The notes under the pieces: model-generated
Told to the model about the DNA's origin: nothing
Databases searched by the model: none
Seen by the model: only the letters and a program-made list of their open reading frames with translations
Shown: positions 12,401-27,738 of the stretch, in pieces
Position numbering within the stretch: position 1 is the first letter of the stretch
How the letters are laid out: each line of letters opens with the position of its first letter
Assembly (NCBI GenBank): GCA_040285825.1
Contig: JAUPSS010000010.1
Location: forward strand, 1,317,038 to 1,381,037
DNA from: Eukaryota sp. TZLM1-RC
Taxonomy: Eukaryota > Protista > Metamonada: BaSk clade
Direction of reading: 5' to 3'
DNA: 64,000 bases
Program-made: the position numbers and the translations under genes

Positions 12401-13202
12401 TATAGTTCTATTGAAATTAGATTAAACTTATCTCTTCAATGCAGATAAGTTTCAAAAAAATGCCTTGTTTTTTTTGCATTTTACAAGATTTGGATTTATC
12501 AAATTATATGTCCATACACTGCTATTTTTTTGCAATCCGATTATTGTATTGCTGAACCTGTGTTGGCCCACACTCGTTAGAATCAATAGTTATGGTATTC
12601 ACAATTATTACCTGTTGTCATGTCAGTGGTGATTTAATTAGTTTTTTCTAAAATTTTCCTTGATGATTCGACCAACTAATGATAGTTCTTTTCGAATTTG
12701 TGTTGTCGTTTGAAAAACATTTCAAATACGTAAAGGCCCAGCAGATATTGATGGGTTATTTGCAGTCTTTGTTCTTAACAATCCAGAGACATTGTTTTTG
12801 GTTATGGGGAAATATTATAAAGCAATTTCACAAAAGGTGCATTTTAAAATTGAATGTGAAAATATCACTTTTTATTTCCATGTTCAATTTAAGTGTAATT
12901 CACAATATCTGAGTATGTATCTCTTGTTCAATTGTGCGCAAGCTGTTTCAATTGAACTATACTTCATTATCACTCTGAAATATACTGTTAATGTGAAACC
13001 TTAATTGATTAATTACAAGTTACTTGAACAAATCAATTCCAAGTTAATATCATTGATTGAATTGTTCAGTTGAAGATATAGAATATTTATGTAATTGACT
13101 TATGATTAAAAGATAAATATATAAAAGTTTTTATCAATTTTAACAAAAACAATAAATTTACCATTATGTACAAAAATTGCAAAATACTAAACAGCACAAA
13201 AC

Positions 13203-16200
13203 TCACACAGTAAAAGACACTATGATAACTATTGCGGCAAATAGACAGAGATAGCGGTCAATTTTCTTCAAAAACAAACCCATTACTAAAAATGAAATGA
13301 CCTTTAATTTCACAAAATAGAAATAAGGAATTAAAATGTCAGTAAGATATATAGAGACAATAAAAATAAGTCCAACGAAATGAGTGGATTTAAAGCATAA
13401 TAGCGAAATAAACAAAATGATAGCAATTGATAGACCTAAATAAACGAAAAAACTTAGATCAAACTGAGGCAAAAGAGAGAAAAAACTCAAGAAATAAAGC
13501 ATAAAAGAGTACTCAGCAATTTCAAAACGACAAAGCTTGAGATGTTTCCCATATAATATAAACAAAAAAACGTAAAATATTAAGTAAGTTAGCAAGAAAA
13601 TAATCAAAATACTTGTTGGACATGAAAAACCTGGGAAAATTAAACAACAACGGGAAACAATAATAGAAAGTAATCCAGTAAGACCATAATAAGACAGCTC
13701 AGCAACCACAAGGAAGACAACAAAAATAGAAAATAATGGTTTTTTGAGAAATTTATTCAAAACCTTTTGTGGAACATTCCTTTTAAATATAGGAGCAGTT
13801 CCTATCATGTCAATATTAAATTTTTTAATCCCCCGATAATAAAACTCGGCAAAAATAAAAACAAATGTCAAACTCAAAACAGTTGTAATAGCGATTAAAT
13901 AATTGGTTGTTGATCGTTCAATACATTCAGTTCCAAAAGCATCAAATCCTTCCTCACAATCTAAACAATGCTCCCCTTTATGACCTTGAATACAAGTATT
14001 ATTTCTGCATAAATGGCGGAGAACACATTCAAAGGGTAGAAACTCACTTGAAAAAAGAAAACCATCTTGGAAAGAATTGATGTGACCGTATTCGCAAGTA
14101 GTTTTGTCAGGACAGCTGACACACTCTCCATCAATTTCCACAAAATTCCGTTGACAAACACAATCATCAAGACTAGAAGACCCTTCATTAAAAGTGATTC
14201 TTCCCAGTGGACATTGCTGGCACTGTTGCTCAGTTCTGGGGTCTGAAAAAGTGTTTCGTGGACATTTATCACATGATTGAGCGGAATTGAGTGCATACCC
14301 AGGAGCACATATACAATCTCCATTATTAAAAACCATTGGAAAAACACAGTCAACAGAAGTCAGCTGAATGGAATAACTGAGATCATCTAAAGAGAAAATC
14401 AAATCAAAATCAATTAACGGGGGAGTAACAACTTCTAACCCCGACTGTGTTTTGAATATTTGGAATTCCTCAAAATTATGACTAGAAGAGCTCACTGACA
14501 CATCATCCACCATAAATGTGTAGGTATAAAAAGACAAGGACTTGTACAAAAACATTGTAAATTCCAAGTAAAACTCAGTACATGTGAAAGTACCAAAATG
14601 AGCATTATGACAAGGCGAAATTTTCAGCAAATCTACAGTAAAAAATGTACGAACCTGCTGGTGTAGCTCAAAAAGCCACGAACCAACCTGAGTTGATCCA
14701 GAAACAGCATAGTAAACGTCCTGAATTCCCAAAGATTGAAATGACTTGATGAAAATTAAACACTGAATAGCTGTACAGTTTTCTACATCAATATCGAGTG
14801 AAGAGTGTACGATGGACACGTCAATTCCTTTGCAGGAAGTTACAAAACCAAAAACATCTTTACATTCAACATCAACGGTAATGGATTCATTGGTAAATGT
14901 TATTTCAAAGGTGAAGAAATCCAATGTTACAGGAGCTTGGACATCGTAATTTAAGGTAAGAGATTGTTCAGGAAAGTAACAATCTTCAGCAAACACAAGC
15001 GTTTCAAAAGAAACATTACTAATTTCTTCTGATATTCCCAATGAAACATTTGATAAAAATGAAGAGTAATCTGAGAAGAAGTAGTTATTGTAAACAATAA
15101 CAGAATTAATATCAACATGATTACCAGTTGAAGTAACACCCAATTCTGCATTGTGAGGAACAAGACAAACGTAAGGGTTAAAGCCATTCACTTCAATTTC
15201 TAATAGGTAGACATCTTGAGCAGCCAACAATTCCAATGATTCCACTACTACCAACTCTGAAAACAAAGTAATACATTGTGAAGCAAACCCAAATCCATTT
15301 GGGATCGAATGACAAGACCAATCTGAATATAAATGTAAAATTTCAAGTGGGGAAGTTGTTCTACTAGCTGAGGTACAGTCAGAATCAACAGTGATTGTAA
15401 TATATCTAACGTCAAGTTCACCATCAAAATTGATTGATAATGTAGAATTTGATGGGAAATAGATCGAACAATCATTGAGAGGTCCAGAACAACAGCGAAC
15501 ACCATCAACTATTGCCTTTCCATCACCATAATAGTGAGAAAAACCTAAATTTGAAGGTCCAAGCTTAACCAAGGATGGATCATTAGAAACATAACAATCA
15601 TCACTGAAAACAGGTTCCACATCAACTATTATGGAATCCAAAACATTTGAAGAAGAGTCAACGATAGCAAGGTTTGTGGTTGGTTGAATTCTGACAGTTT
15701 GAGCATCCTTGCAACAAATTTTGTCATTGTCTACAAACGTCAAGAAATAAACATCATCAATAATGCACCTTAACCCAAAACCAGAAACATAATAGTCAAC
15801 ATACATGCAAAAATCCACTGAAGAAATAGGCGACAGGGATTCACCCATAGATTCTAGTGATAAACGATGTACAGTAAAATTAGACACATTGACTTCATAG
15901 TCTACAAATAAAGGGGAATTCCAATAAAGTTCAAAAAGAAAACTTCCTGAACTATTGACCCGAGGAAGCTCCAATGAAACAAAAGTTAATGAATCTTGAT
16001 AAGAGATACTGTGAATAGTGGCAGGGAGGTTTAAACCAACCCATTGAAAACTACCTTGAGATATGAAATTTTCAACAGAAACATCAACAGTAACATTTTC
16101 ATAGTAGAAGAGCTCAAGAGGACTAATGACCTGAAATATAGGCTCAGGCAAAACGTAGACCTGAAAATCTGTGGTCATGGTATTATCGCCTTCACTTAGA

Positions 16201-19200
16201 CTTAAGCTTAGTTCAAAGTTCCCAGTAGCAGAAAACTCAACCAAAACACTCAATTCAGAGTTTAAAATTGAAGTATCTCCCACAATACACAATGGGGAAT
16301 GGCAATCTAAGTTAAAAACACCACTCAAACCATCAGGAACTGGAATAGAGGCTATTGATCTCACATTTACAAACAATAGAGTAGGTTGTATCTCAAAAGA
16401 GTCAATGCAATCTACCAAAACAAGACGGGAATTAGAACCATCTCCTACTTGAATAGTGACTGGGCATTCATTAAGTGTTTCAAGGTTGAGAAAGTTGAAG
16501 CCAGGGTTAATTAGAAAATTCAATGTAGAAATTTCTATTTGAACACTTGATGGAGAGTCAAAGAAAAGATGAGCTCTACTATTGGTGAAGAAAGTGGGCA
16601 AATCAAGCGGATCCAAAATTTCAATAGTGATATCTGTTTCAGAACTACTTAGGATACTACGAGTTGATAGTTGATATGAACCAATCAAAAGCTCTGTTAC
16701 ACAAGCAGATACAGTAATTGCATCAACTTTACTAGTTGTAATAGAAAAATCTGAAATGGCAAAAGAGTTGTCGAAATTGAGATAATTATTGAAATTAGTT
16801 CCAGTAATTTCAACACAAGTTGTTGTGGTAGGGCCAAAATACATTACCCTAGAAGGTGAGATGGAGATAACTTCTGCAATATCAGGAAAGTTTGAAATAG
16901 AAAAACAAGAAATAGATACATTTGAACACAATTCCAGATCAGCTTTTGTGGTAAAAGGAAGAAATATTACTTCAGAATAGTTAGAATGTCCAATATAACT
17001 AACAATTCGCATTGAGGAATCTTCCTTAACCTGGGGGTAGAGGGTCGTAAAGTCTAGTTCCCCTTCAACAGTAGCGAGTAAAACATTGCATTCGGTATCT
17101 ACAAAGCAAACTCCTTCAATGGGAAAAGCTTCAATATTGGCGATCCTAATGGAAAAAGACTCATTAATAGTTGGAATAAAAGAAACTGTACAATCAACAA
17201 TTTCAGTTAATTCATCTAATTGATAGATACCAATAGAAATACGGTCAAAATGATCACGACTAGGTTCAAAATACACCAAACCATCACTACAAATGACGTC
17301 AGCATGTTGTAAGCACCCACTTTCAAATAATTTACTAAAAGAATTTCCTTCTATGGTGATCATACCACCAGAATTTGGCAAGATACTAGGAAACACCTTA
17401 AACGAAGGAGCAATCAATTCTACTTCAACAAAGTTACTAAATTGGTTTCCAATAACTACTGCGATGTTTAACTTTGGGCTAAATGTACAAACAAATATTA
17501 ACCGTAAAATTGCATAATTATAAGAAACAGTGAAAGGTTCAAAGTCAAATGAAGTATTCGATATATACAAATCAAAATTGAGTAAATCACCCAAATTAAA
17601 CCCAGAAACCACAATATCAGATGAAAAGGGAACCAATGGTGGGGATAGTGAACTAATGACTGGAATTTGATAGCAAAACTCAAACTCGGTATTAGGTCTA
17701 CTGGTAGGATAAAAAGTCACGTTATGACATCCTGAAAACAAAGGTACATCGAAAGTTATAGAATAATGGTCAAAATCAACAGAATTCAAAGTAATGTTGA
17801 GCAAATCAACAGTAACGTAAATAGGGTGAAGAGAAGAACCAAAATTAACACCTGAAAAAATAACGGGGCCACCAATTGTTGGCGGTTTAGAGGATTCCAT
17901 AATGGTAAAAGGACAAAGACTAACTTGAAAAGAAGTCAATACGAATTGATTGTTAACAGTAAAATTGAACAAAATTGAGTTAAATTGTTCGTCAACACCC
18001 CAAATATTTGAGAGTAAGAGATCAAATTTTTGACCGTCTTTATAGAGATCAAAATGTTGAGTGCCAACCACTTCCACATCCAAGTAATCATTAACAGACC
18101 AAGCATAATCAAAAGGGATAATTATTCGACAATTCTCAGTTGGACAGCAGGAACTACCATAGTTAATATCAACATCAAACACCTGCTCATCTTGAAATAT
18201 ATAAGGATCAGCTCCAGCAAACAAAGAATTTGACTCTGAAACATTGGAAATGACACACAATTGACCAGTGTTGAAGTTAAAAGTACTTCCATCTGAAACT
18301 AATTCATCAATTAAGAGAAAGGGTTCAAGGTTATGAAAGCTAAATTCAGAGTTCAAAGCATGCACTTGAACCATCGATACAATAGCAGGAACATCAGAAA
18401 CAGTAAACTTTGAATTCTCACAATAGATGTTGTGAATGGAAAATAAGGAAGATTTAATTTCAATTAGTAGCGTAGAATTGTACAAATCAACAATTACAAG
18501 CTCAGTAATGGCAGAGAAAATATGTACAATGGAGGTGAAAACATTGATTGAATCAAAAGTAAATGTTGAAAAAGAGTCGAAAACTAACAAACCATTGTCA
18601 AGTGACAACATATTCAAAGGACTTGTCCAAAATCCACTAACGTAAACCTCTGCGTTTTCCATTAAAATCAATCCCAAATCGGAAGTGAGGTTTGAATTAT
18701 GAAGAAAATAGGCAATTGAATTGATGAACATGAGGGCATCAGCTTCGAAAAACACAAATGAATAAATAGTGAGTTCATTGGAAAATAGATTTGAGGAACC
18801 CTTGTTCAATGTGAGATCACCTTGCACATCCACAGTCCATTCAAAAACAGAATTATTACATGAAATAGAATTACGAAATAACAAACTATTGTCACAGGAA
18901 CCACTACTGAGAAAAGAAGCATTATTTAAATAACATGGCCCAAAAACTTCAACTGTTGAGCCAAAAGAACCAGAAACTTCAATTTCCATAAAACTGGTAT
19001 TGTTGTTGAATTCAATTGAGGAAGAATCTAAATAAAAAGAACTCTGGGAAAAAATGACATCTGGTTTGATTAAAAGTTTGTGTTGATCTCTAATTTGATT
19101 GATATAGTTAGTTTCACCATTAATCACATGACAGCTTTCAGTACATTTAGTTTGGGAATTACCAGTAAAAGTTGTACCTGAAAAACTCAACTCTCCGACT

Positions 19201-22200
19201 ATTAAAATTCCATTACCTTTTCGAGTTGATGAGAGGAGATAAACATCACTAAAAGTATAAATAGTATCTGAGTTTGTTAAATCCAAGTCTGAACTATCAA
19301 GAACAAAATCTGCAGAAATGATGAGATCATCCTCATAATTGAATTCAATATTACCATTATTTGAACTGAAACCACTTAAAGAATCTAGCTTAGTATTAAA
19401 AAATGAAGCACTAGATGTAGATTCAGAGTTAATAGTAAAACTACTTGCCTTTAAATCACCATTATTAAAGGTAACAGATCCTTCTTGGAGTTCAATTGAG
19501 TCAATGTCAATACTTTCAAAAGTGTCATCATAGTCAAAAGTAACGTGACCAGTTTCTATTTTGAGCAAGTCTAATAATTTAAATTCAGCACCATCAAAAC
19601 TTAATTCATTGTCAGTTTTAACAATAAAATCACCAGTATCCACCTTTGAACCAGAAGTAAACGTCAACTTTCCATGTGAGTGAGTGATGGAACCAATTCC
19701 TGTATAAGTACCTTCAATTGATAATTCAATAGGTTCCTGTAAAGTTAGCGTATTTGGATGAACTTCAAGCTTGGAATTTTCGTTAAATGTATAAGAATCT
19801 CCTTTGAAAATAGCTTCACCACCATCTAAAACCTTTAAAGTTCCACCAATGGTATTATCTACATCTAATTCTAATTTACCAATTACATTAATAGTGCCTT
19901 GTAAATCAAATAAATCCTCAATTACCAAAGTACCTTCTTCCTCTATATTAAGTGTACCCAATATTTGGAAATCTGTTTTGGATGAGGTTGAAACAATAAG
20001 TGTAGAATCGAGTTGGAAAACCAAATCTAAAGGTAAAATAAATTGTCCATCTAATATTTCCAACTTGGCATTTCCAGAACTAATTTGACCTCCACTATTA
20101 AATGTAAGCTTATGAAGGTCACTTATTTTGTTGTTATTAGGGGAATGATCTAAAATTTGACAATTTTCATTACAAATTGTTTCACCACTTTCAGCAAATT
20201 CACTATTGGCAATTGACAAACTCTTAGCTACCAAATTACCAGCACCATTTCTAGTAGAATCTATTAATTTTACATCATCACAGTTATAATTAACAGAATT
20301 TTTCAAAGTTAGCTCGGAATTTTCCAAGTCAACATCAAAAGCTATGTCAAAATCATCATCATATTCCAAAGTTAAATGACCCTTTATGGACGTGAAACCA
20401 CTTAAAGAATCTAGCTTTGTATTAAAAAATGAAGCACTAGCTGTAGATTCAGAGTTAATAGTAAAACTACTTGCCTTTAAATCACCATTATTAAAGGTAA
20501 CAGATCCTTCTTGGAGTTCAATTGAGTCAATGTCAATACTTTCAAAAGTGTCATCATAGTCAAAAGTAACGTGACCAGTTTCTATTTCTAGCGAGTGTAA
20601 TGATTTAAATTCAGCACCATCAAAAGTTAATTCATTGTCAGTTTTAACAATAAAATCACCGGTATCCACCTTTGAACCAGAAGTAAACGTCAACTTTCCA
20701 TGTGAGTGAGTGATGGAAACAAATCCTTTATAAGTACCTTCAATTGATAATTCAATAGGTTCCTGTAAAGTTAGCGTATTTGGATGAACTTCAAGCTTGG
20801 AATTTTCGTTAAATGTATAAGAATCTCCTTTCAAAATAGCTTCACCACCATCTAAAACCTTTAAAGTTCCACCAATGGTATTATCTACATCTAATTCCAA
20901 TTTACCATTTACATTGATAGTGCCTTGTAAATCAAATAAATTCTCAATTACCAAAATACCTTCTTCCTCTATATTAAGTGTACCCAATATTTGGAAATCT
21001 GTTTTGGATGAGGTTGAAACAGTAAGTGTAGAATCGAGTTGGAAAACTAAATCTAAAGGTAAAATAAATTGTCCATCTAATATTTCCAATTTGGCATTTC
21101 CAGAACTAATTTGACCTCCACTATTAAATGTAAGCTTATGAAGGTCACTTATTTTGTTATTATTAAGGGAATGATCTAAAATTTGACAATTTTCATTACA
21201 AATTGTTTCACCACTTTCAGCAAATTCACTATTGGCAATTGACAAACTCTTAGCTACCAAATTACCAGCACCATTTCTAGTAGAATCTATTAATTTTACA
21301 TCATCACAGTTATAATTAACAGAATTTTTCAAAGTTAGCTCGGAATTTTCCAAGTCAACATCAAAAGCTATGTCAAAATCATCATCATATTCCAAAGTTA
21401 AATGACCCTTTATGGACGTGAAGCCAGTTAAAGAATCTAGCTTAGTATTAAAAAATGAAGCACTAGATGTAGATTCAGAGTTAATAGTAAAACTACTTGC
21501 CTTTAAATCACCATTATTAAAGGTAACAGATCCTTCTTGGAGTTCAATTGAGTCAATGTCAATACTTTCAAAAGTGTCATCATAGTCAAAAGTAACGTGA
21601 CCAGTTTCTATTTTGAGCAAGTCTAATGATTTAAATTCAGCACCATCAAAACTTAATTCATTGTCAGTTTTAACAATAAAATCACCAGTATCCACCTTTG
21701 AACCAGAAGTAAACGTCAACTTTCCATGTGAGTGAGTGATGGAACCAATTCCTGTATAAGTACCTTCAATTGATAATTCAATAGGTTCCTGTAAAGTTAG
21801 CGTATTTGGATGAACTTCAAGCTTGGAATTTTCGTTAAATGTATAAGAATCTCCTTTCAAAATAGCTTCACCACCATCTGAAACCTTTAAAGTTCCACCA
21901 ATGGTATTATCTACATCTAATTCCAATTTACCATTTACAATGATAGTGCCTTGTAAATCAAATAAATCCTCAATTACCAAAGTACCTTCTTCCTCTATAT
22001 TAAGTGTACCCAATATTTGGAAATCTGTATCGGATGAGGTTGAAACAATAAGTGTAGAATCGAGTTGGAAAACCAAATCTAAAGGTAAAATAAATTGTCC
22101 ATCTAATATTTCCAACTTGGCATTTCCAGAACTAATTTGACCTCCACTATTAAATGTAAGCTTATGAGGTTCAGTTAATTTGTTACTATTAGGGGAATGA

Positions 22201-25200
22201 TCTAAAATTTGACAATTTTCATTACAAATTGTTTCACCACTTTCAGCAAATTCACTATTGGCAATTGACAAACTCTTAGCTACCAAATTACCAGCACCAT
22301 TTCTAGTAGAATCTATTAATTTTACATCATCACAGTTATAATTAACAGAATTTTTCAAAGTTAGCTCGGAATTTTCCAAGTCAACATCAAAAGCTATGTC
22401 AAAATCATCATCATATTCCAAAGTTAAATGACCCTTTATGGACGTGAAACCACTTAAAGAATCTAGCTTTGTATTAAAAAATGAAGCACTAGCTGTAGAT
22501 TCAGAGTTAATAGTAAAACTACTTGCCTTTAAATCACCATTATTAAAGGTAACAGATCCTTCTTGGAGTTCAATTGAGTCAATGTCAATACTTTCAAAAG
22601 TGTCATCGTAAACAAAAGTAACGTGGCCAGTTTCTATTTCTAGCGAGTGTAATGATTTAAATTCAGCACCATCAAAAGTTAATTCATTGTCAGTTTTAAC
22701 AATAAAATCACCAGTATCCACCTTTGAACCAGAAGTAAACGTCAACTTTCCATGTGAGTGAGTGATGGAACCAAATCCTTTATAAGTACCTTCAATTGAT
22801 AATTCAATAGGTTCCTGTAAAGTTAGCGTATTTGGATGAACTTCAAGCTTGGAATTTTCGTTAAATGTATAAGAATCTCCTTTCAAAATAGCTTCACCAC
22901 CATCTAAAACCTTTAAAGTTCCACCAATGGTATTATCTACATCTAATTCCAATTTACCATTTACATTGATAGTGCCTTGTAAATCAAATAAATTCTCAAT
23001 TACCAAAATACCTTCTTCCTCTATATTAAGTGTACCCAATATTTGGAAATCTGTTTTGGATGAGGTTGAAACAGTAAGTGTAGAATCGAGTTGGAAAACT
23101 AAATCTAAAGGTAAAAATAAATTGTCCATCTAATATTTCCAATTTGGCATTTCCAGAACTAATTTGACCTCCACTATTAAATGTAAGCTTATGAAGGTCA
23201 CTTATTTTGTTATTATTAAGGGAATGATCTAAAATTTGACAATTTTCATTACAAATTGTTTCACCACTTTCAGCAAATTCACTATTGGCAATTGACAAAC
23301 TCTTAGCTACCAAATTACCAGCACCATTTCTAGTAGAATCTATTAATTTTTACATCATCACAGTTATAATTAACAGAATTTTTTTCAAAGTTAGCTCGGA
23401 ATTTTCCAAGTCAACATCAAAAGCTATGTCAAAATCATCATCATATTCCAAAGTTAAATGACCCTTTATGGACGTGAAGCCAGTTAAAGAATCTAGCTTT
23501 GTATTAAAAAATGAAGCACTAGCTGTAGATTCAGAGTTAATAGTAAAACTACTTGCCTTTAAATCACCATTATTAAAGGTAACAGATCCTTCTTGGAGTT
23601 CAATTGAGTCAATGTCAATACTTTCAAAAGTGTCATCATAGTCAAAAGTAACGTGACCAGTTTCTATTTCTAGCGAGTCTAATGATTTAAATTCAGCACC
23701 ATCAAAACTTAATTCATTGTCAGTTTTAACAATAAAATCACCAGTATCCACCTTTGAACCAGAAGTAAACGTCAACTTTCCATGTGAGTGAGTGATGGAA
23801 CCAAATCCTTTATAAGTACCTTTAATTGTTAATTCAATAGGTTCCTGTAAAGTTAGCGTATTTGGATGAACTTCAAGCTTGGAATTTTCGTTAAATGTAT
23901 AAGAATCTCCTTTGAAAATAGCTTCACCACCATCTAAAACCTTTAAAGTTCCACCAATGGTATTATCTACATCTAATTCTAATTTACCATTTACATTAAT
24001 AGTGCCTTGTAAATCAAATAAATCCTCAATTACCAAAATACCTTCTTCCTCTATATTAAGTGTACCCAATAGTTGGAAATCTGTTTTGGATGAGGTTGAA
24101 ACAATGACTTTAGAGTTTGCAGAAATCAAATTTCCGTCCTTTAAAATAAAAGTAGCTGAATTAATTTGGAAGTAGAGAGGAGATTCAGAATCCATATTAC
24201 CATTACCATCAAAAATTAATTCGTGGGAATCTTTTACATTTATAATGTTAGTTTCACCATTGATCACATCGCAGTTTTCAGTACATTTAGTTTGGGAATT
24301 ACCAGTAAAAGTGGTACCTGAGAAACTCAACTTTCCGACTATTAGCATTCCATTACCTTTTCGAGTTGATGAGAGGAGATAAACATCACTAAAAGTATAA
24401 ATAGTATCTGAGTTTGTTAAATCCAAGTCTGAACTATCAAGATCAAAATCTGCAGAAATGATGAGATCATCCTCATAATTAAATTCAATATTACCATTAT
24501 TTGAACTGAAACCACTCAAAGAATCTAGCTTAGTATTAAAAAATGAAGCACTAGCTGTAGATTCAGAGTTAATAGTAAAACTACTTGCCTTTAAATCACC
24601 ATTATTAAAGGTAACAGATCCTTCTTGGAGTTCAATTGAGCCAATGTCAATACTTTCAAAAGTGTCATCATAGTCAAAAGTAACGTGACCAGTTTCTATT
24701 TTGAGCAAGTCTAATGATTTAAATTCAGCACCATCAAAACTTAATTCATTGTCAGTTTTAACAATAAAATCACCAGTATCCACCTTTGAACCAGAAGTAA
24801 ACGTCAACTTTCCATGTGAGTGAGTGATGGAACCAATTCCTGTATAAATACCTTCAATTGATAATTCAATAGGTTCCTGTAAAGTTAGCGTATTTGGATG
24901 AACTTCAAGCTTGGAATTTTCGTTAAATGTATAAGAATCTCCTTTGAAAATAGCTTCACCACCATCTAAAACCTTTAAAGTTCCACCAATGGTATTATCT
25001 ACATCTAATTCTAATTTACCATTTACATTGATAGTGCCTTGTAAATCAAATAAATCCTCAATTACCAAAGTACCTTCTTCCTCTATATTAAGTGTACCCA
25101 ATATTTGGAAATCTGTTTTGGATGAGGTTGAAACAGTAAGTGTAGAATCGAGTTGGAAAACCAAATCTAAAGGTAAAATAAATTGTCCATCTAATATTTC

Positions 25201-27738
25201 CAACTTGGCATTTCCAGAACAAATTTGACCTCCACTATTAAATGTAAGCTTATGAGGTTCACTTATTTTGTTGTTATTAGGGGAATGATCTGAAATTTGA
25301 CAATTTTCATTACAAATTGTTTCACCACTTTCAGCAAATTGACTATTGGCAAATGACAAACTCTTAGCTACCAAATTACCAGCACCATTTCTAGTAGAAT
25401 CTACTAATTTGAGGTCATCAAAGTTATAATTAACAGAATTTTTCAAAGTTAGCTCGGAATTTTCCAACTCAACATCAAAAGCTATGTCAAAATCATCATC
25501 ATATTCCAAAGTTAAATGACCCTTTGTTAAGGCCAAAGTAGTGAAAGAACCTAGCTGCGTATTAGTAAATGAAGCACTAGTGGTAGATTCAGGGTTGAAA
25601 GTTAAACTATTTGTCACTAATTCGCCATTGTTAAAGGTAACAGATCCTTTTTCGACATGAATGCTCTCAAAGTGTGCAACATCATTGGTCTCGAGTAAAA
25701 AGAAAATGTTTCCTGATAAGATACGAAGATTCACAATGTTTAAAAAGTTGAAATGTTCCAAGTCGTAATGATAATCACCTTCAAAATCCAAACCAAATAT
25801 AGGAGTGTCTATTCTAGAATCTTCAAGTAAATTAAATCCATCCCGGTAGATAAGCATCAATTCTCCTTTCCAAAGTCCGTCAAAATTGATCACTGTATTC
25901 TCTGTCGTAGTAAAGGACTTGGGGTATTGTTGAAGGATAGAATCAGTAGTGAAGGTGTAAATAGCATCCTTAAACGAAACCAGTCCATCTTCTTCAATTA
26001 TAAGACTGCCATCAATCTGAGAATTTTTGGAGAAAATAACATTTCCAGTCATGATCGTCATGCTACCTTCAAGTTTTATCTTACAATTTAAAGTAATATC
26101 TTCTCCTGAATCAACAACCACATCTCCAGTTATGACAATGGTGGTTGACCCAGAACACTCAAATTGATCCTTGACAAGAGAAGTTCCTTTATAATACACA
26201 AATGCTACCCCGCTTGGTATTGACTTAACAAAACTGTTATCGTAAAAGAAAAATCTCCCAGGCCCAATGGCACTGGGGCTAACATGTGTTTCCTCTAGGC
26301 CTTCAGCACCACTTTGATAGAAGATAGTTTCCCAATCAGATTGATAAAGGCCCTTGGTGAACACTTTATAATAACGAAGTCTTCCATTGAATTGATCAAA
26401 GATATCATCTTCAGAGTATAACAAACCAAAATCCAAAGGTAAAGTTCTTTTACAAGAACCAAAAGAAGTTAGTGAATGCGTGTCAATATGTACGCTACCT
26501 CCCCATTCACCATACACCCGCACCCTATCATCAACACTGTAAGCCATTGGTATAAACCTACTGGGAAAATTATTTCCACCAGAAGTACTATCAAAGCAAA
26601 TCCGAGTATTAGCGTCAACGTTCGAGAGGTCAAATTGATATCTAGCATAATTATTGAGAAAGCTCCTGAGTCTAGCGAATCCGGTTTTAAAATGACAATC
26701 CCCAGATTCAGAGGAGTAAATACCAAAAGCTTCACTACTACCCCCGGACAATCTATTTGACCTGTAGTTCATGAATATCGAATAAGGACCAGTAGGGGCA
26801 GGTCTAAAACTGCTAAGCAAATGGTCGTTGTTACCAGGCATTGAAACATGATCACTTTCATGCTGAGTATTACCTCTAATTTGAGCAAAGAAATTACCAA
26901 AGAAATCACTGAAATAACCATTACTAGGAGGATCTCTAAAGTTAAAATAAACTAATAAATCATTTTCTACTGCAGAATAATAGGATTTTGACTTAAATTG
27001 AACAGTACAACCATCAACATTGAGTTCGGAATTTTCCCCTTTCAACTCTATTTCATTATTCATTTCCGAGTCTTCATTAAACTCCAAAACTGCACCTTCA
27101 TTGACCACAACCCTTCCAATCAAATGTGCACTAACTCCTAGTTTTAGATGGCTATTGCTTTCCAATTCGACTGGAACAAAGAACTCAACACATGGATCTC
27201 CACCAGTTTTTGCTATCTCAAAAGCACCTGATGAGGGTGATATTAAAACTTTATTTTCTTTATTATAAACATGGCGAACACTTAGTTCAGAGTTCGGAAA
27301 TAGAGTAAGACTGCAACTATCAAAAACTTGAAAGAAACCAAATAAAAGTAAAGTGCCTGAGCGTAGTTCTTTAGAACTCTCTGATTTAAGATGTAAAGTA
27401 GAGTGAATGTTGAATAACTGGGTGTCGATCTCGAGACTACCACTGTACCAAACAAAGTTTTCAACTGAAAGAGATGCACTGATTTTGAGATGCGGTAAGG
27501 AAGAACCTCCACCAAGTCTTATTTCGTGGATGTTGGGAAGTAAGTCTCCGTATAACGTCACTTGAATATCATGTTGAATAACATAGACTAAACCATAAGT
27601 ATAAAAGTTGTCACCATCTGAGAAAGACCAATTCTCGACATCAGAAAAGCTGCCACCATCACCAGAGGTCCAGTGAACTTCAGTGGCCAAGACAGTGAAA
27701 TAGAAGATGAGAAGAAGAAGGATTGAGTGAGGAAGCAT
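13203..27738 (-). CDS. Giant predicted cell-surface multi-pass membrane protein (~4840 aa), paralogue 1
   Basis: Signal peptide MLPHSILLLLIFYFTVLA; LamG-like domain; 6 stalk units; IPT/TIG-like motifs (SSLSPP..VVSGFNLG, GGMITIEGNSF); Cys-rich CDKCPRNTFS..CQQCPLG; ~8 hydrophobic C-terminal segments. Needs removal of 4 extra homopolymer bases (23379-85, 23347-51, 23113-17). Confidence 0.85.
19110..25530 (-). repeat. Coding tandem array of 1026/1032-bp units (342/344 aa)
   Basis: Antisense ORF spacing of 1026 and 1032 bp; common half plus alternative A or B half; order B-A-A-A-A-B'. Confidence 0.95.

Noticed and set aside
19804-25228. Repeated antisense ORFs (MVLSTSNSNLPF...) as a small-protein family
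   Set aside because: They are shadows of the sense-strand repeat; useful only for measuring the period
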